A stretch of 64,000 bases of DNA from Saccostrea echinata (Eukaryota): positions 11,408,001 through 11,472,000 of the forward strand of contig NW_026889758.1 of assembly GCF_033153115.1 (NCBI RefSeq). Reading direction: 5' to 3'. The translations under genes were made by a program, and so were the position numbers. The notes beneath the pieces are model-generated. The model was not told the DNA's origin, made no database searches, and saw only the letters and a program-made list of their open reading frames with translations. Within the stretch, counting starts at the first letter, position 1. Each line of letters begins with the position of its first letter. Shown here in pieces: positions 25,501-37,443 of the stretch.

Positions 25501-28500
25501 TAGATTTAGAAAAAGAAAGCATAAAACAACGTTGAATTTGTTTTCTTCTATCAAAATGTATCGTATCGAAAATAACCGAACCGAGACAAAATTATACAAT
25601 ACGTATCGAACCGTGAAGGAGGTGTATCGTTTCACCCCTAATAATATTATATGTCAAGATTCTTAAAATATTTTCAATATCAATAAAATTTAAATACAAA
25701 CATCCAACAAATAACTTGAATAGAGTTTTTTTTTTTTCAGGTGACAATAGTAAAAAGTAATAAACAAGTATTTCGGATTTTTCGTAGTTGTCCCGGGTGA
25801 TCGGATCCAGTTTTAATGACCCGGTTTTTCTAAAAACGTGTTAGTTTACTCAACAGAAACACATTTCAAGGAAGAAATAATTAAAAATAGTTTAGATATA
25901 CTGTTAAACATTAGAATAATTCATAAGTTTATTAGCTTTTTGTCAAATATGTCCAAAAAATCGTAAAATGTCGGCTTACTGCTGCCTACCCATTTTACCA
26001 ACTTGGAAATCAACAATCGCCGATAAAATCTGAAATACCGAGTATTTCAAGGTAAATTTTACAACGAATAAAAATAAACATATAACAAACATAATCTGAA
26101 AATTTCAGCTTGATTGATAAAGTATTAAGACGGAAAACTGAAAAATCCTGAACAGCCCCGGTTTTTAATTTGCCCCGGCCCGGGTTTGCCTACCCATTTT
26201 ACCAACACTCCATGTTAGGCCTTCAAATTCTGCACTGATTTGTTTAGAAAGTAAGTATGCCCGAAAAATGAAAATGTTAACAGATATTCTTGTTAATCGT
26301 TTCGTATTCTCAGCCTCAGAGTTCTTCACTATATCTTTTAAATCTTCCTCACTACAACTCACAAACTTGCGAGCTTTCGTATCTCTCGACGCCATATTTG
26401 ATCGAAGCGAAAGTGAAAACGAGACAGCTCGTGCGAGTCAATATTCGCTTTCAGCGGTCATTATCAAAAAATTATGACTTCATATTGACCAATCAGATTA
26501 CCGGATTTCACAAAGTTATATAATTATGATATAGCCGATTATCAATTGATTATGTGTTTCCGATTGCAACCGATTATCGATTATGATTTTTCTCCGATTA
26601 TTCATCACTAGTATTATATTACAATGAAACAAGAGGCATTGATTGACTAACAGTGACTAACTCTGTGAAGACAGTAGACACTTTCAAGGGTAGACAAATA
26701 GAATTTTGTAGCACTTGCCCTCGGACAGGTTACCATCAAATAATTACTTATAACACAAAATTAAATCATTATCATTAACAATAAATTATTTCTCAACTGA
26801 GACTCTATGCAAGAACCAATCTAAACCATATCAAATAGAGGTGGGACAAATATACAGATACACCAATACATACCAATATTTCCTGCTAAGATACAGTTTA
26901 CGATACAGTAAAACTCGGTTATAGCGAAGTTCTGGGGGCCTGAGAATTTACTTCGCTATATCCATAATTTTATATCCGCATAACAAATTCCTTGAAGTAT
27001 ACATAGCGACTTTGCAATATAGATTTTTTTTCCTTGAAGTAAGACTACCAAATGTATTTAGGGAAGTATAAAATATAAAATTTACCTTGGAGTTCAAAAA
27101 TTTTCAGATGAATAGTGTTCTAAATATATATACTTACAAAGTTAATGTCAGGTCAATATTTTAAAAACTAGATTCTTTAAAAATTCGCTATAAAAGATGT
27201 AAATTTCACTATTTTTAACTTATAGGGGACACAGAATCAGTTCGCTATAACCATAAATTCATCATATTAGAGTTCGTTATATCCATAATATTTTACAAGG
27301 AATTGTTAAGAATTTCACCAGGGATTGCAAAAAAACTTCGTGATATCCATAAATTCGTTATAGCCGTGTTCGTACTAAATGAGTTTTACTGTAGAAGCAT
27401 TGATATATCAGTACAAAATGATGCACATACAACCTATCAAAAAATTGAAAATGAAAGTAGTCTTGGAAAATGGCGACGTGTAATCGAACTTTACAAAGTG
27501 AAGAGATGATATTGATATTGAAAATGTGCTTTAGCTCTAATAAGTTGTAGATATGGGGGAACATTTTCACCTTTTAGCATCCTTGGGAGATGAGATTAGA
27601 AAAGTTCAGTCTGTAATGCACGTTATATACAGAAAGTATCTTTTCCACAACAGGTGATACACATCTGACCCAAGAACCAAACTGTTTGAATGAGGCCATT
27701 AGGCAAACAGTTTAGATCAAGGGGTCGACAAAATGCATTTTGCCCGAGAACATAGTCAATAAATGTTTTGTTATACCTTTTATTTTTATATACCGGTATT
27801 CAATTTTTTTTTAAATACATGTATCTTGTGCTGGCTTCCATGATGTAAATTTCCTTTACCCGCACTGCAGTAAAACTTGGTCAATTCTGTCACTGTTGAA
27901 AACCATCGAATGCAAATAAGATTTAGCTGATCCCACCCACAGTGTGACGTAAGCAGTCCAATATCTCACCAACAGGTCCAGTATCTTATTCTGGGATCAA
28001 ACATCGATTTATTTATGACCGCTCAGTAAAACATTGGAAATGTTAGATTTTTTTTAGTATAGATTTATATAGGAACCAATTAAAGGTATAGCAATGTTAT
28101 TTATTAGTGTCCACTGTGGCACTAAGAGCTTGGAACAAAGTATGGATTCCCTTATTTTCATTAAAAAGAATTAAAAATTTTTCAACAAATTGTGGATTAA
28201 TTATTTTGTAAACTTAACATGGTTATTGAAATGTACATTTGACGTTTCTGATGAATTTTTAGTCAATAATATTGATGAACTACATACATATATGTATTAG
28301 AAAATTCAACTTGTTTATAGACATTTGGCAATACATACATGTAAAATTGTTTTTGTGAATTTTTAGTCAATGATGAAATATAAGTATTGATTCAAAACCA
28401 CAATCATGTGATTTCAATTGATATAAAATATTTTGTTGGTTTTTGTCAAGACAAATAAAATACTAAGTTTATTATAGTTTTCTAATTTTATCATACTATC

Positions 28501-28767
28501 GAGATACATGTATCGTATCTTACTATATGTATTGAGATACATATCATATACTAGCATAACTTTTGTATCTTTCCACCCCTAAAATATCTACATTTATAAT
28601 TTTACTATGAAAAACACTACTGCATGCCAATTGAGCAACTCCATGCAGTTTTCACAAACTGTGTTTGTTCACCATTTAATACCTCCAGTTTTAATATCAA
28701 TAACACATTTGTATTCATGGCAAGAATTTTTAATTTGACAATAGAAAGGTCTAAAATCCTCTTCAAC

Positions 28768-28807
<40 letters not shown>

Positions 28808-28845
28808 CTCGTCGTGCGGGTGTGCGTCGTGCGTAAACTTTTCAC

Positions 28846-28882
<37 letters not shown>

Positions 28883-31800
28883 TCACCAAACTTGCCACAA
28901 ACTATCCTTGGGTAAAGATGATTCAAGTTTGTTGAAATGAAGGGCCACGCCTTCTTCCAAGGGGAGATAATTAAGAATTAGTGAAAAATTAATGGTATCT
29001 TTTAAAAATCTTCTCCTCAAGAACCACTGGACAAGGTAAGATGAAATTTGTATGGAAACATCCTCAGGTAGTGTAGATTCAAATTTGTTCAAATCATAAC
29101 CCCCGGGGGTAGGGTGGGGCCACAATAGAGGATCAAAGTTTTACATAGAAATATATAGGAAAAATCTTTAAAAATCTTCTTCTCAAGAACAGCTAAGCCC
29201 TGATTGCTCATATTTATGTGGAAGCATCTTCAGGTAGTGTAGATTCGATTTTGTTCAAATCATGACCCCCGGGGGTAGGGTGGGGCCACAATGGATGATG
29301 AAAGTTTACATAGAAATATATAGGAAAAATCTTTTAAAATCTTCTTCTCAAGAACAGCAAAGCCATGATGAGTCATATTTATATGGAAGCATTCTCAGGT
29401 AGTGTAGATTCAAGTTTGTTCAAATCATGACCCCCGGGGGTAGGGCGGGGCCACAATGGATGATCAAAATTTACATAAAAATATATAGGAAAAATCTTGA
29501 AAAATCTTCTTCTCAAAAACAGCAAAGCCCTAATTGGTCATATTTATATGGAAGCATCCTCAGGTAGTGTAGATTCAAGTTTGTTCAAATCATGACCCTC
29601 GGGGGTAGGGCGGGGCCACAATGGAGGATCTAAGTTCAACATAGAAATATATAGGAAAAACCTTTAAAAATCTTCTTCTCAAGAACAGCAAAGCCATGAT
29701 GAGTCATATTTATTTGGAAGCATCCTCAGGTGGTGTAGTTTCAAGTTTGTTCAAATCATGACCTCGGGGGATAGGGAGGGTCCACAATGGAGGATCAAAG
29801 TTTTACATAGAAATATATAGGAAAAATCTTTAAAAATCTTCTCAGGAACAGCAAAGCCCTGATTGATCATATTTATGTGGAAGTATCCTCAGGTAGTATA
29901 GATTTAAGTTTGTTCAAATCATGACCCCCTGGGGTAGGGCGGGCCACAATGGAGGATCAATTTCTGAAATAGAAATATATAGGAAGGTATCTTCTGATGA
30001 AGAACTGCAAAGCCATGATTAGTCATTTTGATATGGAAGCATCTTCAGGTAGTGTAGATTCAAGTTTCACCCCCGGGGATAGGGATGGGCCACAATGGGG
30101 GATCAAATTTTTTTTACATAGGAACATATTGGAAAATATCTTCTTCTCAAGAAGTGAAAATCATGTTTAGTCATTTTGATATGGAAGCATCCTCAGGTAG
30201 TGTAAATTCATTTTTTTTTTTCAAATGATAACCCCCAGGGGTAGTTTGGGGCCCAATGGGGATCGAAAGTTTTACATAAGAACACATAGAAAAAATATTT
30301 CTTCTCAAAAACAGAAAAGCTATGTTTAGTCATATTGATATGGAAGCATCCTCGGGTAGTGTAGATTCAAGTTTGTTCAAATGATGACCTCTGGGATAGG
30401 GAGGAGCCACAATGGGGGATCAAAATTTTACAAAGGAATATATGGGAAAAATTTTTTAAAATCTTCTCAAGTACAACAAAGCCATTTTGTTATATTGACA
30501 TGGAAGCATCATCAGGTAGTTTAAAATTCAACCCCCACCCCCAACCCCCAGTAATCTTTTCAATACTGAACTGATTTGTGTCTAGCTAATGTGCTCAGGT
30601 GAGCAATGTGGCACATGGACCTCTTGTTTTTTATATGTCATCAATAGCCCTCATGTTTTACTTCTTGTGTATATTTTAACAACACATGAATGGGTAAATT
30701 CTAGAGGAGTATTTGAGGTAGTGATCAACAGCAGTGAAACAGGTGCTCTGCTCTGATTCATCGTAAGTTATTTTAATGGCAGTAACACAAATGATTTTTT
30801 TTTTCGGAAAAGCAACTGTCCGAGGGCAGGCACCACTTATCAAAAACTTGTCCGTCAAACAAAATTGGTTGTCCTGGACATTGGGTAACCTATTTGTCTA
30901 GCCCTGTTTTTGTTTTGTGTATTGGTCCCCTTTTTCAAGTTATATTAATTCTGTGTGGAAGAGGATGGGTGTTGTAAAAAGCCTCAAATTTTAGCTGTTT
31001 TTGCCCCTCGGTTTAAATTGCTTGACACTGTTGGTCATTCCAATTGTTCTTCTTTCTGTCTATAAGCCAATCTGCATTTTAAATGGCTAATTTACTAAGG
31101 AAATGTTAAATTTATATATGTTATTTGGCATGAGCCAAATTTATGGACCTTTTTGTTTTGATGCAAAGTAAGTGAGAATGTTTATGAGTAACGGTATTTT
31201 TTTGTAAGGAGTCTGATGCTCCTTGTAAACTGCTTTTTCCAAGACAATTTAAATCTCATTAGTTTTGGTACTCAGAACTTTAGAGTTTCTTTTTTTTTAA
31301 TGTTGATTTACAAATAAATAGTCCTATCTTTAGTGAAGGAAAGAAATAATAACTTGTTGAAAAACTTTCAGGTATATAAACCGACCAGTTATGAGTGGGC
31401 CAGGTTTATATGACCCTACTACAATCATGAATGCTGATGAACTGAATAGAGCCCAGAAGGAAGGGTGGATCAAGCTAGCGTTCTATCTCATCTCATTTTT
31501 CTATTACCTGTACAGGTAAGAAACATAGTAGGGGGAGGGGTAAGGGTTACAGCTTATAAACCAGTAGCTGTTAGAGTGTTTATCTTAAGGTAACAGAGTA
31601 GAGAATGGTAGTTCTTGTTGGGGTGTCAGATTCAGAAATTAACATATTTTGATAGATATTCTTTAATAATGAAGGAGGTATGCTACACCAAATTTTTATT
31701 TATTGGATGTTTAAAGCATCTCTTTTTGAAATATGATTTTTTTCACTGAAAATCTGAAATAAGCTATTAATAATAAGCACTTGAAAAATGAGACGGGTTT

Positions 31801-33540
31801 GTTGTGGGAGGTATATACTGAGGGGGTGTCCATTTGTCCACTACACTTGGGGGCAGTCATCCCTTATCCGCAACACCTACTATACCATTGAGTAAAATTT
31901 AATGAAATTTTCCAGAATCTTCATTACGTAGTGCCTTTATGCACCTCCTGTATTTCTTATTTCAATCAGAAATATATTTAGGGTTTCCCAAAACATGCAC
32001 ACTGCATTATTTCTATAATATTGGGGTACCAACCTCCTTTACCACTGATTATGTAATGAGACTTTAAAAGAATCTTTATCACATGGTGCCATCATGCATA
32101 TCTATTCTGTAATTTGATAAAAGGATATTTGGGGTTTCCAATAGCAAAACTCTAACTTGCTATTCTTTATTTAACACTGAGGGTATCCATCTTTTATCTG
32201 CAACTCCTTCTGTACCACTGTATAACATTTAATGAGATTTTCACAGAATCTTTATTCATTGTGCCATTGTGTACCTCCCATGTTATGTTTTGTTCAGACA
32301 GATATTTGGGGTTTCCCATAGCAAAACATGGACTTTGCCATTATACTGCATAAAGGGAATCATACCCATTTTGTTGATGTAACTCCTACTTTAACCACTG
32401 AATGAAATTCAATGGAACTTTCACAAAATCTTATAATTTATATGTATCTAGTAAGATATGTCAAGAAGACAGTTAACACATTTTACCTATTTCATTAAAA
32501 AAAAATATTTATGAATATGAAAGTCATAATTTATTAATATTTTTGAAATTATGTGTAAAATTTTCAGGAAAGATTTTACATTTATAAGGGGATCTTTAAA
32601 AAAAATTGTTTATTTGCCCTCTCCTAACTGACTGGCTTGAAATGGCTCAACTCAAAACTTTTTTTTTACCTCCAGGAAACGGTTATTTTTTCTTTTCATT
32701 CTGGAATTTTTTCATCCTGTCAACGAGTTTGTTTAATATATTTTGAAAATTCAATATTGATGTTGAAATTTTCTAGGGAAAAAATTTCCCCACCTACCTA
32801 CTGACCCAGTTTTATCACTATGAGTTGGGAGAGGGCAAAGAAACATTATTTTAAAGAACGTCTAGAAAAATTATGTAATATACAATCATAATTTAAATTG
32901 AAACAAAATTGCAAAATTTAAGGAAAATCAATTATTTTCAAATTTGAGCCTATTCTAATCTAAATTAAATTAATCCCGATGGGAATTATACAATTTTGAA
33001 ATATTTAACAAATTCAAAAAATACCTGATTGCTTGGCTGAATTTGGTTTCAAAATAATTGAACTTTTACTAAATCAAATTGATTCCTCCATGGTAACTGC
33101 ATCAGTAATTTGTAGAATTTTTATTTTGTGGGATCAGTTTTATTTAGTTTGGGTTAGTGCAAATTGAAAATAAGCAACTTTTCTTAAATTTTTTAAATAT
33201 CATTTCAATTTCTTTTTAAACATGACTGTCTGATATTTCTTTCTAAGTGTAAATTGTTTCCTGAGGAGTTCATCCATAGATTTAAAAGACATTAAAAAAT
33301 GAATAAAATCAAATAAAATAAAGAGCTTTAATTGATCTTTCAATTATGAATTCATATTTCAAAAGAGATACTTTAAACATCCATAAATTAAAATTTTGGT
33401 GTGGCACACCACCTTAAAAGAAGCTTTATCATTTTTGCTTTAATCCCAGAAAAAATGTATGATAAACTGTTTAACCTGGTTACATTAAAAATAAATTGTT
33501 GAATATTTTTAGCATGATCTACACCCTGGTGTCAGGGTAG
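19450..33540 (+). CDS. CNIH1: Protein cornichon (CNIH1-like), 5 coding exons, 144 aa
   Basis: Exons 19450-19530, 19847-19915, 20150-20262, 31372-31515, 33513-33540 (435 nt, all GT-AG). Protein: [56 protein letters not shown]...[53 protein letters not shown]. Confidence 0.97.
19847..19915 (+). CDS. CNIH1: cornichon exon 2
   Basis: ttaacag | [23 protein letters not shown] | gtgagt. Confidence 0.96.
20150..20262 (+). CDS. CNIH1: cornichon exon 3
   Basis: ttttcag | [38 protein letters not shown] | gtaaca. Confidence 0.96.
21741..21890. repeat. 150-bp near-perfect palindrome (Crypton-type hairpin)
   Basis: aataaataacaagtttaaaaacttcactgggaaatgaagtgggtcgg...aaggccttcggcctt...ccgacccacttcatttcccagagaagtttttaaacttgttatttatt. 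A related half-copy lies at ~46000-46075. Confidence 0.85.
22102..23516. mobile_element. Non-autonomous DNA transposon (CAGGG termini, hAT/P-like), 7-bp TSD
   Basis: TIRs cagggttctcca / tggagaaccctg, subterminal ttaaccatggcg repeats at 23406-23490, TSD GTTAAGG at 22095-22101 and 23517-23523. Confidence 0.8.
24541..26210. mobile_element. Non-autonomous Mutator-like (MULE) element with ~440-bp TIRs
   Basis: TIRs gagtgttggtaaaatgggtaggcaaacccgggccggggc... / ...gccccggcccgggtttgcctacccattttaccaacactc. 9-bp TSD CATGTTAGG at 24532-24540 and 26211-26219. Confidence 0.9.
25222..25640. mobile_element. hAT MITE nested in the MULE
   Basis: TIRs taggagtgaaacg / cgtttcaccccta, 8-bp TSD ATAATATT at 25214-25221 and 25641-25648. 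Confidence 0.88.
26906..27391. mobile_element. Tc1/mariner/pogo-type MITE
   Basis: TA|cagtaaaactc ... gagttttactg|TA, with internal ttcgctata/ttcgttata repeats. Confidence 0.85.
28768..30630 (+). mobile_element. HINE/Helentron element carrying ~166-bp Cg170/HindIII-type satellite array
   Basis: 5' ttttaggtcacctgagtcactcaggtgaccta plus cgtc/gtgc microsatellite. About 9 monomers spaced 164-166 bp (caggtagtgtagattc at 29065, 29231, 29396, 29561...). 3' ctcaggtgagc...ggcacatggacctcttgtttt. Confidence 0.9.
31372..31515 (+). CDS. CNIH1: cornichon exon 4
   Basis: ctttcag | [48 protein letters not shown] | gtaaga. Confidence 0.96.
31850..32430 (+). repeat. Degenerate ~170-bp tandem repeat
   Basis: Recurring caactcc...accactga...aatgaaattt...agaatctt...gtgcc...atatttggggtttccca motifs, 3-4 copies. 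Confidence 0.55.
33513..33540 (+). CDS. CNIH1: cornichon exon 5 (terminal)
   Basis: tttttag | (S)[11 protein letters not shown]. Confidence 0.92.
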
Positions 33541-34166
33541 AGAGGAGCTGATAGCTAAGAAGATAAATACTTTGGAGTTTTGCATGTGTGCATTCAGAAC
33601 AAGACAAACAGTACAGTAATGTGATTCAAAGAGGATGAAACACACATTGTTTGCCATACTTTTAACCTTGAAATCAAATTTATTGTCCAAAGTTTCTTTT
33701 TTTTTATTTGATGTTTCTTGGTGCAATATTGTCTTGTATTTCTCACAGTTTGTGTAACCGTATTTTTTTAACCTTTGTTTAATTTTACCTAATGTATCCA
33801 GTCTCCTCACTAAAGTAGGGTATTTAAAAGTACAAAAAGAGCATGTCATCAATTTAGGACAGGGGGAGAAGGGTGTTAAAGTTGCACAAACTTACTTGTG
33901 TGCCAATTATGATATGCTTCTATAATAGTCAAATAAGTATCGTTTCAAAATGAATGTATTTTTTTTAAAATAAAAAAATGTATTTTTTTTCATTCTAAAT
34001 GTTTACATACTAGTATTTGTTAGTTGCTTTTAGGTGAAAAGCAATGTTTAAATTTATTTTTCTTTTTAATACACTATATTGTTTAAACAGTGCAAACGAG
34101 TCAAACATAAGTCATAAATGATGAAATATCTAAGTTCCAAGCCACCCCCAAAAAATTGTGTAGGAT

Positions 34167-34940
34167 CAGGGATCGACATTGACGGCTGTCCGATTGCCCG
34201 GGACAAGTAAATCCTCATTTCGGGCATGTGAAACTGTCAATGTACTTGTCTGATCGGGCAAGTGAATTTTTCTTATAGAAATGTACATATTTAGTCAGTT
34301 TACATTAATTTATGAATAAAACAATAAACTGAATACTTGATTTCCGCCAGATACCTGACTGACATTGATTTACATTAGGAAATCCTTGGTAGCGTTTCTA
34401 GAATATACGGACCATTTAAAAATCGGGTTCATTATTCTGTTTTCTTTCGTGATAAATACGCTCTACTTATAACAAATTTGTTAACTTCTAATTGGGAAAT
34501 TCATTCACAGAATATAAGTAACACGATGTATCCCAATCCAGATATGTATGTTTCATACCAATTGTCTTCCTTTACTGTTGCTTGTTATCTCTGAAAATCA
34601 CGATTCACAAAAGGATTCTACGGAAATTAATTTTTAAAGATATGAAGTTTATTAAAAGAAAACGGAGGGATAATGCTGAATTGCAGTGTGTTAACATATT
34701 AAATTGACAAGGACAGTGATACACATGTACAAACGAAGCATCGAAATTACTTTTTTATGTAGCTCAACTTGCCAAGTTGACAGTAGTGTATTTAGTCACA
34801 TTTTTTCTTCTCAGTTTACAGTTATAAATAATATTTTTCTTCCCTAATTTTGGGCAACCAAGTTTTGCATTCGGACAAGTCCAAGTCTGAGATCACTTGC
34901 CCGAAGGACAAGTGAATCTAAAAGTTAATGTCTATCCCTG
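34167..34940. mobile_element. Non-autonomous DNA transposon (hAT-like) with 5-bp TSD, downstream of the cornichon stop
   Basis: TIRs cagggatcgacatt / aatgtctatccctg, cttgcccg/ggacaagt subrepeats, TSD AGGAT at 34162-34166 and 34941-34945. Confidence 0.8.
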
Positions 34941-35689
34941 AGGATGCCCTGCATCTGAGGCTCCATCTTCTCAATTTTAGTATTTTATCTCATGTATTAA
35001 ATAAAAAAGTAATCCTCTTTTCAGTATTGAGGGCTAATATGTTACATGTGTCATTGATATATTTTTCTCTTCTTGAATTTGTACTCAGTGTGTACTTAAA
35101 TCAGGAACAAATATTTTTATGTTTTATAGATGTGTAAAAAGCATATTTACATCAATTTTTTTTTCTATGCTTTAATATGCTCTGTGTTGCATTTGAACAA
35201 TTTTAATTGAAATAAATGTGATTTTAGTACATGAAATTTTATTGCCTCTTTCGGTTGTAGAGGGTTTGTACACTTAGCTTTGACTTTCTGTATGTTTGTC
35301 AATCTACACATAAATCAAGCTGTATTGTATGAATTTCAGTGAAGTTTCCTACAAAAAAAAATCCCCCAAAGAAATATTTTGTAGAAGATTCTATAATGTT
35401 AGAAGTATGAATGATTGGATCCCCCTTACCTTTCCTCTCCCTTGTAATTTTGTGGGAAAGGGGGAGGGGGTAATCATCTTGAGACACATTTCAACATGTA
35501 TATGAAAAAATGATCCAATTTAATCCTGCCCTGAATATGATTTACTTTCATCCTTGTATTACTATTCTCAGGACTCTGCTTATTACTTGAAGACCTAGAT
35601 GTGTTCCCTGCAGCTGGTATCTGTCTGTTACTTTTTTGTTTTTGTTGTTGTAAGCCTAGATCTAGATGTAGTATATGGTGTCTGTCTCA

Positions 35690-36015
35690 CTCTGTCTGTT
35701 TCTTGTAGGCCTAGATGTGATTTATGGTCTCTTGATTATTACTTATAGGCCTATGTGTTGTCCGGTGTTGGATGTCTATTAATTGTAGGCCTGTGTGTTC
35801 TCTTGTGTCTATGTGTCTATTAAATGTAGGCCTGTGTGTTCTCTTGTGTCTGTTAATTGTAGGCCTGTGTGTTCTCTTGTGTCTATTAATTATAGGCCTG
35901 TGTGTTCTTTTGTGTCTATTAATTGTAGGCCTATGTGTTCTCTGGTGTCTATTAATTGTAGGCCAGTGTGACTGTCTATTAATCGTAGGCCTGTGTGTTC
36001 TCTGGTGTCTGTTAT
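35690..36015. repeat. Minisatellite, 33-bp unit (ctattaattgtaggcctgtgtgttctcttgtgt)
   Basis: Direct reading. Explains the LLIVGLCVLLC ORF. Confidence 0.9.
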
Positions 36016-36295
36016 AGACGTTCGTGTTCTATGGACTCTGTTAATACTTAGCCGACTTGTAAGGCAGTTACGTTTTCAATAACTTTTGCCTGTTTGGATG
36101 ATATGATAAAAAGTTGGGGGGGGGGGATAAGAAAAAAAGTTGACGGAAAAAAACTAGATTATTTTCACAATGGCATGCAAAATGCGTGTATACTAATTAC
36201 CTTTTGTATCTGCATGAACTTGACACCAGTCATGACATGACATATGGTTGTTGTCTAATTGTCAACACCATCCTTCAGTTTTTGTAATGGAAATT

Positions 36296-37443
36296 TTAAT
36301 CATACCCGCACTTTCTAAAGGAGGTTCGGGTATATTGTTATCCTGGTTCGTCTGTCACACTTTCTTCTTCCTCAAACTACCGTTACATTTTAAGCAGTAG
36401 CCAACTCAACTTTTCAAATGTACTTAGTTGGAGGTGCCTTGAACATTTGCAAAGCAGTTTCTGAAATTTTCATTTTCACCCTGGGGCCAAAAGGGGGTAA
36501 TAAAAGGTTTTTGATGATAAAAGGTTTTTTCTTCAAAAACCTGGTTCCCTGAATTCCTCTTGAATTTTTTGCAGTAGCCTAGTCATCTTTTGGAATATGG
36601 TTAGGATTGTCCTGTAGATGTGCAATATTTCGATTTTTCACCCTGGAGGTGACTGGGGGGCAAAACGACTTTCTTTTACAGAAACCTTTTTCTCTGGACT
36701 CCTCTTATATTTTTTTGCAGTAACCAACTCATCTTTTTGAATATGAATGGGAGTGTCCTGAAGATGTGCGATATGTGGCCCCCAGGGTGAAAATGAAATT
36801 TCCGAAATCTTAATGCACATATACAGGACGCCATCATTCTAAAGATCATTTGACTACTGTATAAATTGTAAGAGGAGTTTGGGAACCAGGGTTTTTAAAA
36901 GAATAAATGTCGTTTTTTCGACCCACGTTTGGCCCCCAGTGTGAAAATGAAAATTCCAAAACCTTATTGCACATATAAAGGACACCAGGAATCATCTTCA
37001 AAGGATTATTTAGCTACTGCGTTAAATGAAAGAGAGTTTAGGGACACCCCCCCCCCCCCGAAAAATGTAATTTTCAACTTCTATGTCGCCCCTAGGGTGA
37101 AAATGAAAATACTGAAACCTTGTTGCATATCTAAAGGACCCCACAAAACATCTTCTAAAAGATGATTAGGCAACTGCATAAATATAAGAGGAGTTCTGGA
37201 AACCAGGTTCTTGTACAAAAAACGTCATTTTTTTTAATCTCCGTTTGGCCAGAAGGGTAAAATTAAAAATTCTTAAACTTTCTTGCACATCTACATGCTG
37301 GACACCACTTATCATATTCCAAAAGATTAACTGGTTACTGCTTAAAATAAAAGAGGAGTTCGAGGAAGAAGAAAGTGTGACAGACGGACGGACCAGAGTA
37401 ACAACAATATACCTTAATTTTCTTTAGAAAGTGTGGGTATAAC
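36296..37443. mobile_element. Two oppositely oriented HINE/Helentron-type copies forming a pseudo-foldback
   Basis: atacccgcactttctaaag...tgtcacactttcttcttcctc at the left end is the reverse complement of gaggaagaagaaagtgtgaca...ctttagaaagtgtgggtat at the right end. Orientation switches near 36780. Confidence 0.7.

Larger units (their letters stand above)
23560..26525 (-). mobile_element. Disrupted Crypton (tyrosine-recombinase, DUF3504-type) transposon
   Basis: After removing the MULE, the minus strand reads [33 protein letters not shown]...EFEGLT|[24 protein letters not shown]...[13 protein letters not shown]...[11 protein letters not shown], then an apparent intron (~24323-24181), then MTMKLKRQG...[18 protein letters not shown]. 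~200-bp palindrome at 23565-23765; ccaatcag...tatataat at the other end. Confidence 0.8.
20312..26610. mobile_element. hAT element hosting several nested insertions (cornichon intron 3)
   Basis: TIRs tagtgatgaa / ttcatcacta, subterminal cgatta repeats, 8-bp TSD GTATTATA at 20304-20311 and 26611-26618. Confidence 0.85.
26685..30906. mobile_element. Old DNA transposon shell containing further insertions
   Basis: Imperfect TIRs caagggtagacaaatag / ctatttgtctagccctg with ttgccc/ggaca subrepeats like those of 34167-34940. No clear TSD. Confidence 0.5.

Noticed and set aside
26836-28581. hAT element with tagaggtggga / ttccaccccta ends
   Set aside because: The TIR similarity is plausible but no matching TSD is readable, so the boundaries are unsupported.
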